Origin: Podarcis erhardii
Lineage: Eukaryota
Reading direction: 5' to 3' (one strand)
Length of the DNA: 64,000 nucleotides
NCBI GenBank assembly: GCA_964252035.1
Contig: OZ176214.1
A program made the position numbers and the translations under genes. Under the pieces are notes generated by a model. It was not told where the DNA came from, searched no databases, and saw only the letters and a program-made list of their open reading frames with translations. Positions 35,816 to 49,423 of the stretch are shown here, piece after piece. Within the stretch, counting starts at the first letter, position 1. Each line of letters starts with the position of its first letter.

Positions 35816-38044
35816 CAAATATCTTCCTCAAGGTTCCTGTAAAGGCTTCCTGAAAATAAAAACACCACAAATCTAAATATGGAATCTGCACTGAGAGAAC
35901 AGCTCCGTGCATGCAATATTGTTGATCAGATATTTTTAAATAGGCAATAGGTACTTGCCCATGTGTGTTTTAATCTGCAAACTATTGGTGAGAACTGCCA
36001 ACAAAAGCAATTTTCCATCTTGAAGAAATTCTCTCCCTCTCACCCTCTCTCGTTTTATTTTGTGGCAAATTAACTTATGTAGCTCTTTTTCAAAGTGTAT
36101 TCACAGACCATAACATTTGATTCAGTTCATAGGATAGCTAAAGCCCAGGCATTTATATCTGTAAGATTTATGGGTTCTTCTTGTCCCTGTTACACTTCTT
36201 GATGCGCATGTCTATGTGCGTGTGCACATGCAGGATCAGCTAAACCTCTGTACAAAACCTGACAGTAAACATGTTTAATGGAACTGATTGCAGAGAATTA
36301 TTTGATGGCCCCATTTTGCTAGTGAGGCAACCTTTGTACTTACTCATCTTGACTTTGGGTTGCCTTTCATCTGATGTACAGATGTTAGCACTAAATATAT
36401 TAGCTTGGGAGCTATTTTTTAACCAGCTGAAAGGGATGGAAGCATGGAGAAAGCAAAATTTCATATGCTGAACATAGGCTATCATTCAGATATTTGCAAC
36501 CAGAAGGAAATGATGTATGACTGTTGTACATAAGATAAGAATACTATCAGAACAGACAAGGAGCATAAGCACTGGATTTCTGTGCCCAGGCCTACTTGAC
36601 TTTCATCAATCAGAAATAACTTTTGGGTTGGATGGAGATACTGTGCTCGCTTCCTCGGGGGTTAAGTCACTGTTGTTTACCTGGAGGGATAGGGGTGAGG
36701 AGCTAGGGGAGGTTGGTGTGGTGCAAACACACAGGTGGACCCTTTTCAGCCCTCCTGCTGGTATGTTGACACCACACCAATCTTCCTGCCACCTCATCCT
36801 CTTGGTAAGCAACAGTGCCAAGAAGGTAGTGTAATGTCTCTGTGCCACTCAATGAGCTGCTTCTGGCATCAGTGGAATGTGATGCTCCCTGTAAAATTTA
36901 CATTTTCCCGCCTTGGGCAAGGGGCAAGAACCTCCTTATAGTGTGTACAGAAACCAGCTGGACTCATAACTAAAACTTCAGCGCTGGTAAATGGGACAGT
37001 ATTCACCACCACCATTGAGGGCACTAGGCTAACATGTAGAGGAAACATGGCAGGCCACACAGCACAGACAGCTCTGTCCTCCAGCATCGTGCTGCTACTT
37101 CCTGCTCTCTGGCACCTGCAGCCTGAGGTTGCCATCTCACCCCTGGAAAGTTTGATATGATTAATTCACAGCTTCCTTTAAAAAATAAAAGTAAGAACAC
37201 CACCAGCAAACTTGACTTTTTAATGTCAGAAACAAAAAGCAATGAGCACAGGGTTCATCAGATCATATACTATCAAGTACTATCAGCTATCACTATTTAC
37301 AGTTCCTTCTCCCTTTCTTAAGCAGTGAGGTGGGCTGGAATGGTGTGATGACATCAGGGCCAGCCCACCCATGAGTAGGGTGAGATTTCCCCAGACATTA
37401 CTGGGATTTCAAAAGCAGAATTGACAAATTCTGAAAGGCAACTTTGGGGTGTCCTGGTTTTTACTTTTTGAAATGTGGCAACCCTACCCATGAGGCAAGC
37501 TGAGGTGACTGCATCATGAGGCAGGATCAACAGGGGCAGCAGATCCCTATGTTTATATTTCTCTCCCCCCCCCCTTGTTTCTGGTGTAGATCTTCCCTCA
37601 CTGCTTCAAAATGGGGACACCATTCTGGGGTATACCTCAGGTGCCAAAATGTCTTGGGCTGGTCCTGGACGACATATAGACCTTTGGAGCCACATTATGC
37701 ATATGTCAAATGCAATCTGGTATGGAGAAGAATTGAACTTAAGTTCTAGGGGAAGTTAGAATTGGAAAAGTCTAAGAGTCTCTTTCCCCCACCTTCTCTT
37801 CCTCTTGGGTCTTCAGCAGGATGGGAGCAAAGCAGCACATCCCCTTCCTTCATGTAATGGGCAGAAGAAAAGCAGGCTGGAGCCAAGTTTCCTGGTAGGA
37901 TCTTTTTCTCTGGCTTTCATGTAAAGGACTGTTATACAAATGGGCAACAATTAATATATGGAAACCACAGCAGAGCTAATATGCATTTCTCATGCACTCT
38001 TAACTAATACAGATGGTCAATTACCAAACAGTAATTTGCTATAA

Positions 38045-38431
38045 GGGACACAGGTAGCACTGTGGTCTAAACCACTGAGCCTCTTGAGCTTGCTGATCAG
38101 AAGGTCAGCGGTTTGAATCCCCACGATGGGCTCGCGTTGCTCTGTCCCAGCTCCTGCCAGCCTAGCAGTTCGAATGCACACTAGTGCAAGTAGATAAATA
38201 GGTATCGCTGCGGTGGGATGGTAAATGCGTTTCCATGCACTCTGGTTTCTGTCACGGTGTTCCGTTGCACCATAAGCAGTTTAGTCATGCTGGCCACATG
38301 ACCCGGAAAGCTGTCTGTGGACAAACGCCGGCTCCCTCAGCCTGAAAGCGAGATGAGCAATGCAACCCCATAGTCGCCTTTGACTGGACTTAACTGTCCA
38401 GAGGTCCTTTACCTTTACCTTTACCTTTACC
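38045..38431 (+). mobile_element. Sauria SINE, full length
   Basis: tRNA-like head, (ACCTTT)4 tail, TSD TAATTTGCTAT at 38032-42 and 38432-42. Confidence 0.92.
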
Positions 38432-40182
38432 TAATTTGCTATGCCATACAATGATGGGAGATCATGTGTAGCATCCCCACACCCATTTAGTGAAGAGAAT
38501 ATTTTATCACTCCATGATTTTCTGATCTGTGACATGTGAGCACATTGTAGAATTGACCTGTACAGCTTGTATACTAGGCTGTATACTAGGAGGAGTGGGG
38601 AAACTTTATCATCCCAAGGGGACAAGTGCTTTGAATTCACAGGTTTAGATTCCCTGACATCTTCATGTAAAACAATCTACTGGCAAATGAGGGGAAGAAC
38701 CTCAGCCAGAGACCCTAGTGCCACTGGCAGAGTAGACAATACTGAGCTTGCTAGATTGACTCTCTGACCTCATATAAGGCAGCATTCTCTCATACCACTA
38801 CAGAGACACAACTGCATAAAAATTCCTCTGACCTGAAGCTGTTAATGAACTCTGAAAGCTTCTGTGATTGTTATTAATTATTTTGAAAGAAGCTACCTGA
38901 ACCCTTTTGTCTCTTTACACAATGAAGTTCAGAATGCAGGCCAGCATCTGGGATAACTAACACTAATAAATACCATTCTTCTTGTTACTGTTGTATTTTT
39001 TTTTTTTTTACTGAAAATTGTGCCATTCTTTTAAGCCAGTCTCTTTGATCTAGGTGGTTGTCAAGATCTAAACAAAGTTTTGAATTCGCCACCGTCAGAG
39101 AATAATCAGAAACTTAAATCCTCTCCATGAAATGAGATTTTTTTTTGTATCATAAACTCCTCCAAGCAATGTTTGATGTTTTATTAACAGTCCCCACTTT
39201 CTCTAATAAAACAAAGACTTCAGCATGTATTCATCTTTGTGGACAATGAAAAAAATTTGTTCACAGGAGAATTCATTCGTCCTTCTTTGGGAAGAATGCT
39301 TGAGCTATTTCTGTGAGTCACTTTATCTAAACCATCCTAATTGCAGAGTGGCTAGCTTTGCTCTCGGTCGAAAATCCCTCTGCAGTTTCAGAAGTACACT
39401 CAGTAAACCATTGCACGTTTCATTTTTGCCAACTTCCAAACAGCTTTGAAGTGCCACCTAAAATGACTGTATACAAAGAAGGAGATAAAATCATCCAACT
39501 GGAAATTTGAAGACATTATTAGTATGGATGGATGGATCTGTCAATTTTGATTTCTCTCTGTTTCTCACTGTTTCCAAGCCTAAATCCAATCTTCACAATT
39601 CTAAATGGGTTTGGGATTAAAAAAAAATAATCTCATAAAAATTAACCAGCATTTCACAGTGAGAATATCTCAGGATGGACAAAATTTTGCAAGCACGTTT
39701 CCCTAATAAAATATCATTTTTGAACACATCTATTGGTTGCAGAACTGCTTAGCAAAATTTAGAATTTTGCAGGGTGTTTTGGAATGTGCGAATTAGGGAC
39801 TTGTGCATTTACAATGCAAACTGAACCAAATTTCTCTCCTATCACTAGTGCATCCACTTCATCTGTATTTTCTGGTGACATGAGCTCCACATGCCTCGCC
39901 CCCAATGTGGCGTATATAAATTGGATTGCTGAGAGAGGTGGAAGGGACATGATTATCCCTCAAATGCATTGGTGTTTCCTATACAGCAATAGGAGAGATC
40001 AGAGATGCCTGTCATGATTGGATCCCTGCTGGGAGGATCGCGCCGCCTCGCTGCTATCAGACCCCCCCCCCCCCGGATTGTGCCGCTGTGCCAATCGCCC
40101 CGCCCATGGGCAGATCGTGCCTCCCCACCGCTCTGGGTGCAGGAACAGCTAGCTCCACCACTGGTATCAGACATCCAGATAT

Positions 40183-40246
40183 TAGATAGATGATAGATTA
40201 GATAGATAGATAGATAGATGATAGATATAGATAAAATAGATGATAG
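40183..40246. repeat. (GATA)n microsatellite, imperfect
   Basis: Direct inspection. Confidence 0.9.
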
Positions 40247-41482
40247 CATTTTATAGCAATAAAGGAAATTTAAAAACTCCCACCCGTTAGAGATAAAAAA
40301 AGACTTTGAACTTCTTTAATCTTCCTGCCCAGGCACAAACCATCCTCTCCCCATTACTTTTATTATTTACCTAGGGTGGCTTTCGACATACACATCTCTT
40401 CATGCTCCATCCAGGCAAACACACGGTGTATTGTCGCAGTTGAAGAACACATCCCAGCCAGGTGAAAGCATTTGAAGAGTATGTTGGGAGCAAGTCTACC
40501 AAAGAATCATGCAGTCTGGGAAGAATTCCGTGGGCCACACAGAGAGGCCTGGGCAGCTACATTTGACCTCTAGGTATGTGGTTTCTTCACTTCTGTCTTA
40601 TTGCAATGGTGCTGTGACTGATAGTTCTGAAAGTGGTGGGGAGGCTTAAATGCACATAACCATCAACTTTTCTGTCTGCCTTTTGCCCACCCCCCTGCTT
40701 TGCTTGGCAAAAGGCTCTGCACTAAATATCTTTGTTTTATTGACATATGACAGTTCTTTAATAATTGACAAATTTAATATCTGTCACAGCAATAGTGTCA
40801 GTGCGTCAACCTTTTGGGGGTGACTACCTGTCTCAAGACATATAGCAACATGCCGAGATTGCCTTGATGAGTGAACAGTTTGCTGAAAGGTCACCATGCA
40901 ATTATGCTGGGACCTAAACCTTTCCTACGATGATGGTGGTGGGGTGGGGGAGATTGGCAACTTTCCCACTCCAAAGAGGTGGTGGGTACTTTATTTCAAG
41001 CTAAGAGCAGGATAAAAGGATATATATTTTTTGAGTCTATCCATCTATCTATCTTTGCACAGATATAGCACAATTATGAGATACTGGCTCTATAACAGGA
41101 AACCTTTCTTTTCTTTCATAAATGTTTCTCAACTGTCACAGGGTTGTAATTCAGAAAATGTGTATCTTTCCTACTGGAAGAGATAGGAAATAAATTGTGT
41201 GAACCAGAGAAGTGGTGCATTATCCACTTGGCCAGGGATAATCCAGCAACTTCTGGGAAACTATTGGGTTTGATGACTGCCAATATCCCTGTCCATGACT
41301 CTGCTCTAAACTCTGATTAGTTGGACCTTCACCTCTGCTCCAACCCCCCCCCCCCAAAAAAAAAACCCACCAGCGCTGCTGCCTTTGCTTCTCCGGTGAG
41401 CCTTAACCATGTTGTAGATATTCTGGGTGTTATTTACCATTCAGAGAATTAAGCATTCGGTAAGTGAACATTTGGTACAAGT

Positions 41483-41760
41483 CCCTGCGACAGGGTGAGC
41501 TCCCGTTGCTCGGTCCCTGCTTCTGCCAACCTAGCAGTTCAAAAGCAAGTCAAGTGCAAGTGGATAAATAGGTACTGCTCCGGCAGGAAGGTAAACGGCA
41601 TTTCCGTGCACTGTGTGGTTCACCAGAAGTGGCTTAGTCATAATGGCCACATGACCCGGAAGCTGTACCCTGGCTCCCTCGGCCAATAAAGCAAGATGAG
41701 CGCCACAACCCCAGAGTTGTCCACGACTAGACCTAATGGTCAGGGGTCCCCTTACCTTTT
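41483..41760 (+). mobile_element. Sauria SINE, 5'-truncated
   Basis: Body and tail match the other copies; the head is missing. Confidence 0.88.
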
Positions 41761-41775
41761 TTAAGTGACTTTGGA

Positions 41776-42140
41776 GGGACATGGGTGGCACTGTGATCTA
41801 AACCACTGAGCCTTGGGCTTGCCGATCAAAAGATGGGTGGTTCGAATTCCTGCAACAGGGTGAGTTCACATTGCTCGGTACCAGCTCGAAAGCACGCCAA
41901 AAAGTGCAAGTAGATAAATAGGTACTGCTCCGGCGGGAAGGTAAACAGTGTTTCCGTGCGCTGCTCTGGTGTCGGTTTTCTGTTGCGCCAGAAGTGGCTT
42001 AGTCATGCTGGCCACATGACCCGGAAAGCTGTCTGCAGACAAACGCTGGCTCATTTGGCCTGTAACGCGAGATGAGCACTGCAACCCCAGAGTCATCCAC
42101 GACTGGTCATAACTGTCAGGGGTCCCTTTACCCTTTACCT
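41776..42140 (+). mobile_element. Sauria SINE, full length
   Basis: Head GGGACATGGGTGGCACTGTG, tail CCTTTACCCTTTACCT, TSD TAAGTGACTT(T)GGA. Confidence 0.9.
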
Positions 42141-42696
42141 CTAAGTGACTTGGAACTTTTGTAGTTTACTAGCTCTGACCATTAGATTGCATATACCCTG
42201 CCCTAGGTCTTGTTGCCATACTTGTATATTGCTTTTTGAGTGCAGTGGGGTTATCCCGATTAATTTTAAGCTGACAAATAATTGCAAAAATATTGCCAGC
42301 AAGGCAAGCGGCAAAGGAGCCGTGGTAGCATTAAAGCTCCAAAATGGTGAGATGAAAACAAATGGAAGAAATCCAGTAGAAGAAATAGGCTCCTCTTAGA
42401 AAGGGAGGCAGGCAACACAACATCAGCTCTGGATGGGAGGGATTCCACAGTTTGAGGGGCCACCACTGAAAAGGAAAGGAAATGATGAAACTGTAAATCA
42501 AACAGTAGGGAGCTTCAGGCAAGGTGGCCAAATGTGCACCTCCAAGCCTCTGTATCCTCTGGTCCTCAGGATTCTCTCGAGGCCTCATGCCCTCCCTAGT
42601 CACACCTCCTACTGGCCCTGCCTTGCATGCTCCTTAAGTGCTTCTGCCTGCCTGAAACATGCCCTTGATTTCTGACAATGCCTTTTGTTTTCCTAG

Positions 42697-42752
42697 GTGG
42701 ATAATAGAGAGAGGACTTACAGTGGGTGTAGGAAGCAGTCTACTGTACAAAG
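42697..42752 (+). other. Candidate 56-nt internal exon (unassigned)
   Basis: CCTTTTGTTTTCCTAG|GTGGAT...ACAAAG|GTAAGA has a strong acceptor and donor. Two frames are open; protein not recognised. Confidence 0.3.
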
Positions 42753-43481
42753 GTAAGATTTGCATTAATTGTGCCACCCTAGCCCTGCCCACCACAGGCA
42801 TGTAATCCTGGAAGGGAATGTGGTCTTTGTGTTGAAATGCGTTTCCGTGGTGTTGATGTAAAGCAGGTGCACCAATTCTACGGGTGTCTTCAGCCCCTCT
42901 GCCAATGTCTCCTGGGACAGAGCAGAGCCACCCCCCCAGTCAGCTTTCTTCTTGTGGTGGTGAAAGAACGACTGCCCTGCCCTTTCTTGCACTGTCTCCC
43001 AACGGGTCACTGCCTTACAGTGTCTCCCAGTCCAGCCTCCAGGGCAGGTTGAGTGGGGACTACAAATCCTATCATGCCTTGGTGCTGTCCGGCCCCTCCG
43101 CTGAGCTCACTTTGCCTGCAGGGCCAGCTGCAATGAGGTCGAAAGCCAGCATCTGAGCACAACACCATGCCATGCAGCCAGGCTCCACGCTCAACCTCCT
43201 TCTGATGCTACAGTCATGCATGCGACTGCATCTCATCAAACATGTGTGACATGTGATGATCACCTTTGATGACACCATTAGACATATCAGAGGAGAAAAT
43301 GCAAAATCTACTCAACCCATTTGACTGATACTGACATAGATTTATGCTGCATGCTGTGGGCTCCATTCAGACACGGGGTTTATTGTATTAGTTTTACTGG
43401 TTATAAACCTAGCACTCCAGTCCCAATTTCTAACATTCCTTTTACACTGCATTACCTGTTGCATTATGCAACTGTGGTTTT

Positions 43482-43516
<35 letters not shown>

Positions 43517-44362
43517 CATAATGTCGTGCTAACTTTTAAATGGTAGGAAAGACCTGTATGCTGGAATATCACCGCAAGCTTCACCACATCAATTTATAAT
43601 GCAAACCCATGATTTTCTGGGTTAACAAGGTTGCAAACAGATATTTTCCTGGTAGTAACAAAAGAAACAAGTGCTAAAGTTCTGCTGGGATTCCTCTACT
43701 TTTCTTAAGGTGCCATTTACATTGTGTGAAAAATCACACAAATTGCTGAAATTATCAGGTAGAGACACATCAGGAAAATGGAACAAAGCGTTGTCTGTGT
43801 GCAGCCAGTCACCTCTCCCCACATATTTGAATACTAAAGCCGCATTAACTGACTCGCTCTGCAGGTTGTGAAGCTTGATGCAATAAAGTCCATAATGGTT
43901 ATTGTAATCAGCTATTTCACTCAGTATAACTAAATGTTCTTCAAAATTGATCAGGTAAAAAGACAAAACAAACAGCTCCGGAGTGATATCAAAGACCCAT
44001 CAATTACCTGCTCATTCCTTCTCAAGGACATGGAAGAACAAAGCATAGTAAATGTCAGCTATTTGCGTACTTCCCAATGCTGATTTATTTAAAAGTGTTA
44101 TTTCCCCCATTTTTGCAATAGCTTGTTCTCTGTTTGGGGGCAGGTCAGCTGCATGGTTTTAGTTTTTTTGTTAAATGGTTAGCTTTTGAAATGTCTTTGT
44201 GTATGAGCATGGTGGGTGGGTGAAAAGGGGAGATGTCTATTTTTGCACTTTAATTCCCCATCCTCCCTTAGAACTTTTCTCCCTTGTTGTATTTATGGCC
44301 AAAACAGACATGGAAGCTTTTTAAAAGGAAAAAGGAAATTTCCCAAACTTTAAACCCTAAAT

Positions 44363-44568
44363 CAGAGCTTTCCAAACTGTGTGTCATGACATATTAGTGT
44401 GTCAGCTGCAGTGTGTAGGTGTGTCACGCACAGGCTCCCCATGCTCCTCCCGGGGCTGGAAAGGGGTTTGTTTAACCTCTGGTTTGCTAGTAAAACAGAA
44501 TTATTGTGTCGCAAAATGATGCATGTCTATAAAGTGTGTCACCAACATGAAAAGTTTGGAATGCTATG
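44363..44568. mobile_element. hAT (Charlie-like) MITE, 206 bp
   Basis: TIRs CAGAGCTTTCCAAACT / AGTTTGGAATGCTATG. 8-bp TSD CCCTAAAT / CCCTAAAC (7 of 8 match). Confidence 0.8.
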
Positions 44569-45141
44569 CCCTAAACCTTAAACCTCAAACCTTAAAATGG
44601 CCAATTCTCCCCAGGCTGCTTTCAATCAATAGGCCTCATCCCACTCCAACATGCAAACATCTTTGCTAGTCCCCATCCACCCGCCATCTTTCTTAATTAA
44701 GGGTGTGGACTGGGCTGTTAGCTTCCTACACCTTAATCAAAGTTCTGTCCCTGTAAGGTGCTACTAGACAATTATTATTTTTTATTTATTTCCCCCCTCA
44801 GAAGATGCCTTATAACATTTCGGGCCATTCGGACATCTAGCTTAGGACCATTTGTGCTGATGAGCAGTAACTCTTCAGCAATTCAAGCAGAGATCTTTCC
44901 CAGCCCTACCTAGAAATTCCAGGAATTGGAACAGGTATCTGGGGTTTTTTTTTGCTGCAAAGCATGTACTCTATCCATACTCTCTCCATTGGAGGAACTG
45001 CAGCTTTGGGAAGAAGATTGATAGCAAGTGGAGAATCAATACTGGGAAAAGGGTTAAAGCCTACCTTCCTAATACAATTCCCTCTGCAGCTGTTTTTAAA
45101 TAAATATGTATCAGAAGTTCTAATGCTGTACTTTTGGGCTT

Positions 45142-45786
45142 TAGGGATGGAGGAGAAATTCGATTCATTTAACATTTAAAGGCAAATCTACCTAATTCAC
45201 ACTTTCCAAACAATGCACAAACCAAACATATATTTTCTTCAAAATTTGCACTTGCCTGAATTGTACAGTGTAGTTCTCCAGCCAAGCAACACACACAAAA
45301 ATAAATAAACTAGGGTAAAGTGTGCATAAATTAGTGAAACCAACATTGGAGCCAGTGTGGTGTAGTGGTTAACAGCGGTGGACTCGTAATCTGGTGAACC
45401 GGGCTCGTGTCTCTGCTCCTCCACTTGCAGCTGCTGGGTGACCTTGGGTTGGTCACACTTCTTTGAAGTCTCTCAGCCCCACTCACCCCACAGAGTGTTT
45501 GTTGTGAGGGAGGAAGGGAAAGGAGAATGTTAGCCGCTTTGAGACTCCTTTGGGTAGTGATAAAGCGGGATATCAAATCCAAACTCTTCTCTTCTTCTTC
45601 TAAAGGAAACTGTTTTACAAAGTGCAAAATTGCATACAAAAATATGATATTAGGAGAAATTGGTACTAAAATATTGACGAAATGCTGATTTTTATGAAGA
45701 TAAAACTTTGTGAACTGTTATGGAAATTAAACTTAGTATTGGAAAAATGAGAAATGGAGAAATACCGAAAGATTCAACCGTCCCTA
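45142..45786. mobile_element. AT-rich MITE-like repeat with a nested SINE
   Basis: Ends TAGGGATGG...CCGTCCCTA. Degenerate relatives lie at about 5668-5930, 14780-15030, 33158-33290, 34060-34220, 51290-51600 and 60585-61005. Confidence 0.55.
45348..45601 (+). mobile_element. tRNA-derived CORE SINE (Squam3-like)
   Basis: A-box GTGGTGTAGTGGTT, CORE GGGTGACCTTGGG..GTCAC, L2-like 3' end and (CTT)n tail. Close to the copy at 61534-61789. Confidence 0.85.
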
Positions 45787-48700
45787 GTCCCTAATCTAGT
45801 TTTGCTTTCAGCCTCCTTCCCCTTCAGCTACAACTGCCTGATGCAAACATGGCCACAACATCTCAGTTTGACCTTTGCTGGCATAACATGGAACAAGGAT
45901 TTTTTAATTGTATAAATCAAGATTGGGAAGGGATTTATTCAGATAGGTCCATTACAAATAAAATCTTTGTATACAGAACTGCAGATACAGTAGTCAGAAA
46001 TCTTGAAGCTTTTTAACTCCCTGGGACACCTGCCATTTCAGCATCACAATCATAAATCAAGGTGTGAATTTGAGCAAGAAAAATAACTTGATAGTGGCAG
46101 GTGGCACTTAATCTATAGCAGATTAAAAAGTTAAGTTTTAGAGAAACTTTTGTGGAATGATGGCACTTTCATGAAGCATTCCTCATTTTGTTCTCATAGA
46201 TACATTCCTACGAAATGATTGGCAACAATCTTTGAACACAGATTCCTTGATGCAATGCCTGTCTAAACCATACTGAATTCTTTTGAGTGACTAGGGAACC
46301 AAGACAGTCATTTAGCATGATATCCCTTGGCTGCATTTGCTAAGCTGTGCTCAGTTCGTTATTATTTCTCAAAACCACCCTCCTCCCCAAGTACATGTGC
46401 ACAGAAACAACCTTTGTCAAATTGCACACAGCCCAGGTGACATATTTTAGGCCAATTTCTCTCTCTCCTCTGTATTTCTTACATTCTTAAAAGAGGAGAA
46501 TGGTAATGCAACATTTGAAATAATAAAACTGTCATTAAATCCCAAGAGATTCCCCCCCCCCAGCATGTGCAATAAATTCTTTGCATTTTTAAACGATTGC
46601 TTTATTCTCTATCTCACAAGTTTTCACAGTGAATAAAAGTAATATATTTTTGCATGCCACCCCAGTTTCTGAGTGATGCAAGGTTCTAGGGGTAACCCAA
46701 AATTCGGTTTCCTTGGAATGAGAAACAGCGGGACAATGTTTTTAAGCAGAGGCTGAATGGCCATCTCTTATGGATGTTTCATTTGAAATCCCAGCATTGA
46801 ACTAGATGACTCTTAGGGTTTGAGCTTGGAGCAACCAGCTGAGACTTCCTTACATGCTGGAGTTCACATGGTAGACAGTAGAAGTAACTTTTCCCCAATG
46901 TGAGCAGGAGTGACTTAGCTAAGCTTGGCAGGTCATTTTACTCTATGGCATTAACCATTTCATGCATTGATTAGACTTAAGCATATTGCTTAAATGAGAC
47001 TAGTTATCCCACATCTTTGAGATGGCCTCCTTCCCTATGGTAGTACAACTGAACCTCTAGGTCAGAGGCAGTGTATCTCTGAGTGCTTTTTGCTGAGGGA
47101 CGAACAATGGGCGAGGGCTGTTGCCTTCATTTTCTGCTTGCGGGCTTCTCTGTTGGGTTGCAATTGTTGGAAACTGGGTGCTGGGTTAGATGGACGTTTG
47201 GTTGCATCCAGCAGAGCTCATCTTGCCAGGCTCCTTTTTAAAACATCTCTATAACAGAGTTTTAGAAACAGTGGCAACTAATTTGATCCCTTCTCCCTTC
47301 AAAGAGGCTCTTAAATTTGATACTCATGAATAAAGCAGTGGAGGAGCTGACATTTTGGTCTGATTAACAGTCTAAGGGTGTTGTAAATGAACTAGAAGAG
47401 CACCATTGTTTGGTTACTGACCTCTTTATATGCATTCTTTATGAGCTGTGATCTCATAAGCTGGTGGCTTTTGTTTCCCCTTGCTTTCCTCTGGGCAGAC
47501 AACATTTATGGCAACTTTGCTTCAGTTTGGTAAGGGATTTCTTATCCATCTACACCCTTTTTTTTTTGCATCTGCCTTCTTTGGATGGTTGTATTTACTG
47601 CCACATCACAGTGAACGTCTTATAGATTTTCCTGTATAGAGAAGAATTATTTGCTCCCTGAGGGAGAAAATATAATTCCTGGTGCCTTTAACTGAGAAGG
47701 CTTAAGTTCAGCCAGCCTGATCCATTCAGTTACTTGTGAATGAAGAATTTATTCTATAAAAAGAGAGAACAAGAGTCTGGCCCTTATGATGCTGCGTGAG
47801 GGTCAAAGATTACCTTCCAGACATCCATGTGAACAATAAGTGTGTCTGTACTGACTGGAAGCAATTTGTTTATTAAAATAATGTGGTCTTCAATGGATGG
47901 GTGCAGAAGATAAGGATCTGGCTTCCTGGCCAAATCCAGTTCTCTGATCTACAGTATATGATCACACAACCTCATCATTTTGCAGGGGATGGGAAGGAGG
48001 AAAGGCATTCTATCCTCCCCCCCAGGGATGTAAATAAATAACCAATTAAGCAACACCCAGTCCGTCAGCTAAGTGTGTGTGCTGTGGCTGGTTTGCTCCT
48101 GGCACAAATTTCACACATCCCACATTGTTGGCATCTGTCTTGAGAGATAATGGAAGGCACCTCTTGGGGGTGAAGTCAAACTGCTGTGTTAGCAGTACTG
48201 AAATGGCTTTCCCAGGGTGCAAGCCTGGGCGGTATGTATGGCTGTCCTGGGCTGCCCAGATGACAAGATCACCCTCTTGGCCTCATTGATGTGGCCCAAA
48301 GGACAGCAGAACAAAACAAAAACTCTTATAAGTTGTGGTGGTGGGGTGACTAAATCAGTTGTGATTCCATTTTATTGTTTTGGCAGCTGTGCAGGTGAGA
48401 CAAGCACAGGAGCCCCAAGAGCACGAAAAGTTGGCAACTCATTTCTGTCTCCCAAGCTGCCCTACCTACCCCCAACTTCCTTGGGCTGCTCCCGTCCCCT
48501 AGAAAATGCCTCTGTCCCCTCATTCTCCATGTCCGCTTGTGACATCACAGGCAGTTGGTAGATGTTTGTTTGTAACATCATAGGCAGTCTGTAGCCAACA
48601 GCAACAGCTGAGGCAACATCTGCACAGACCCAACCCCCAGGCCTCACAATTGTGGGGGCACCTCTGCGGTCATTTCTTTAAAATACTTTTATTTCAAAAT

Positions 48701-49071
48701 AAATAATTTAGAAAGGCATTTATTTCTTGGGAGCGGAGAGTGGGAACCAGCAGCTGGCGGGCTTAAGCCATGCAGTTCTCTTCATGACTTTTGCAGTTGG
48801 TCTCTGAGAAAACCTCACCGGCTTCAGACATCCCTGTTTTTTTAAAAAAGAAATAAATAATGCAAAGAAAGACACGACTGCTGAGGTGCCCTCACAATTC
48901 TGAGGCCTGGAAGGTCTATGCAGATGTTTCATTGGTTGTTGCTGTTGGCTATAGACTTCCTGTGATGTCACAAACAAACATGGCAAATGAGCGGGAAGAA
49001 GAAGTTTCTAGGGGGTGGGAGAAGTTTAAGCACACTTTATAGAAAGGTGGAAATAATGTAACATGTCAAAT

Positions 49072-49423
49072 GTAAAGGTAAAGGGACCCCTGACTATTAG
49101 GTCCAGTCGTGACCGACTCTGGGGTTGCACGCTCATCTTGCTTTACTGGCCGAGGGAGCCGGCGTACAGCTTCCGGGTCATGTGGCCAGCATGACTAAGC
49201 CGCTTCTGGCGAACCAGAACAGCACACGGAAATGCCATTTACCTTCTCGCCAGAGCGGTCCCTATTTATCTACTTGCACTTTGACGTGCTTTCAAACTGC
49301 TAGGTTGGCAGGAGCAGGGACTGAGCAACGGGAGCTCACCCCGTCGCCGGGATTCGAACCGCCGACCTTCTGATCGGCAAGTCCTAGGCTCAGTGGTTTA
49401 ACCCACAGCGCCACCCGCATCCC
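49072..49423 (-). mobile_element. Sauria SINE, full length
   Basis: 13-bp TSD TAATGTAACATGT at 49054-66 and 49424-36. Head and tail are intact. Confidence 0.93.

Noticed and set aside
43622-43966. 114-aa minus-strand ORF with protein-like composition
   Set aside because: Non-ATG start, no recognised homology and ambiguous splice sites. It is left as possible conserved non-coding sequence or an unverified exon.
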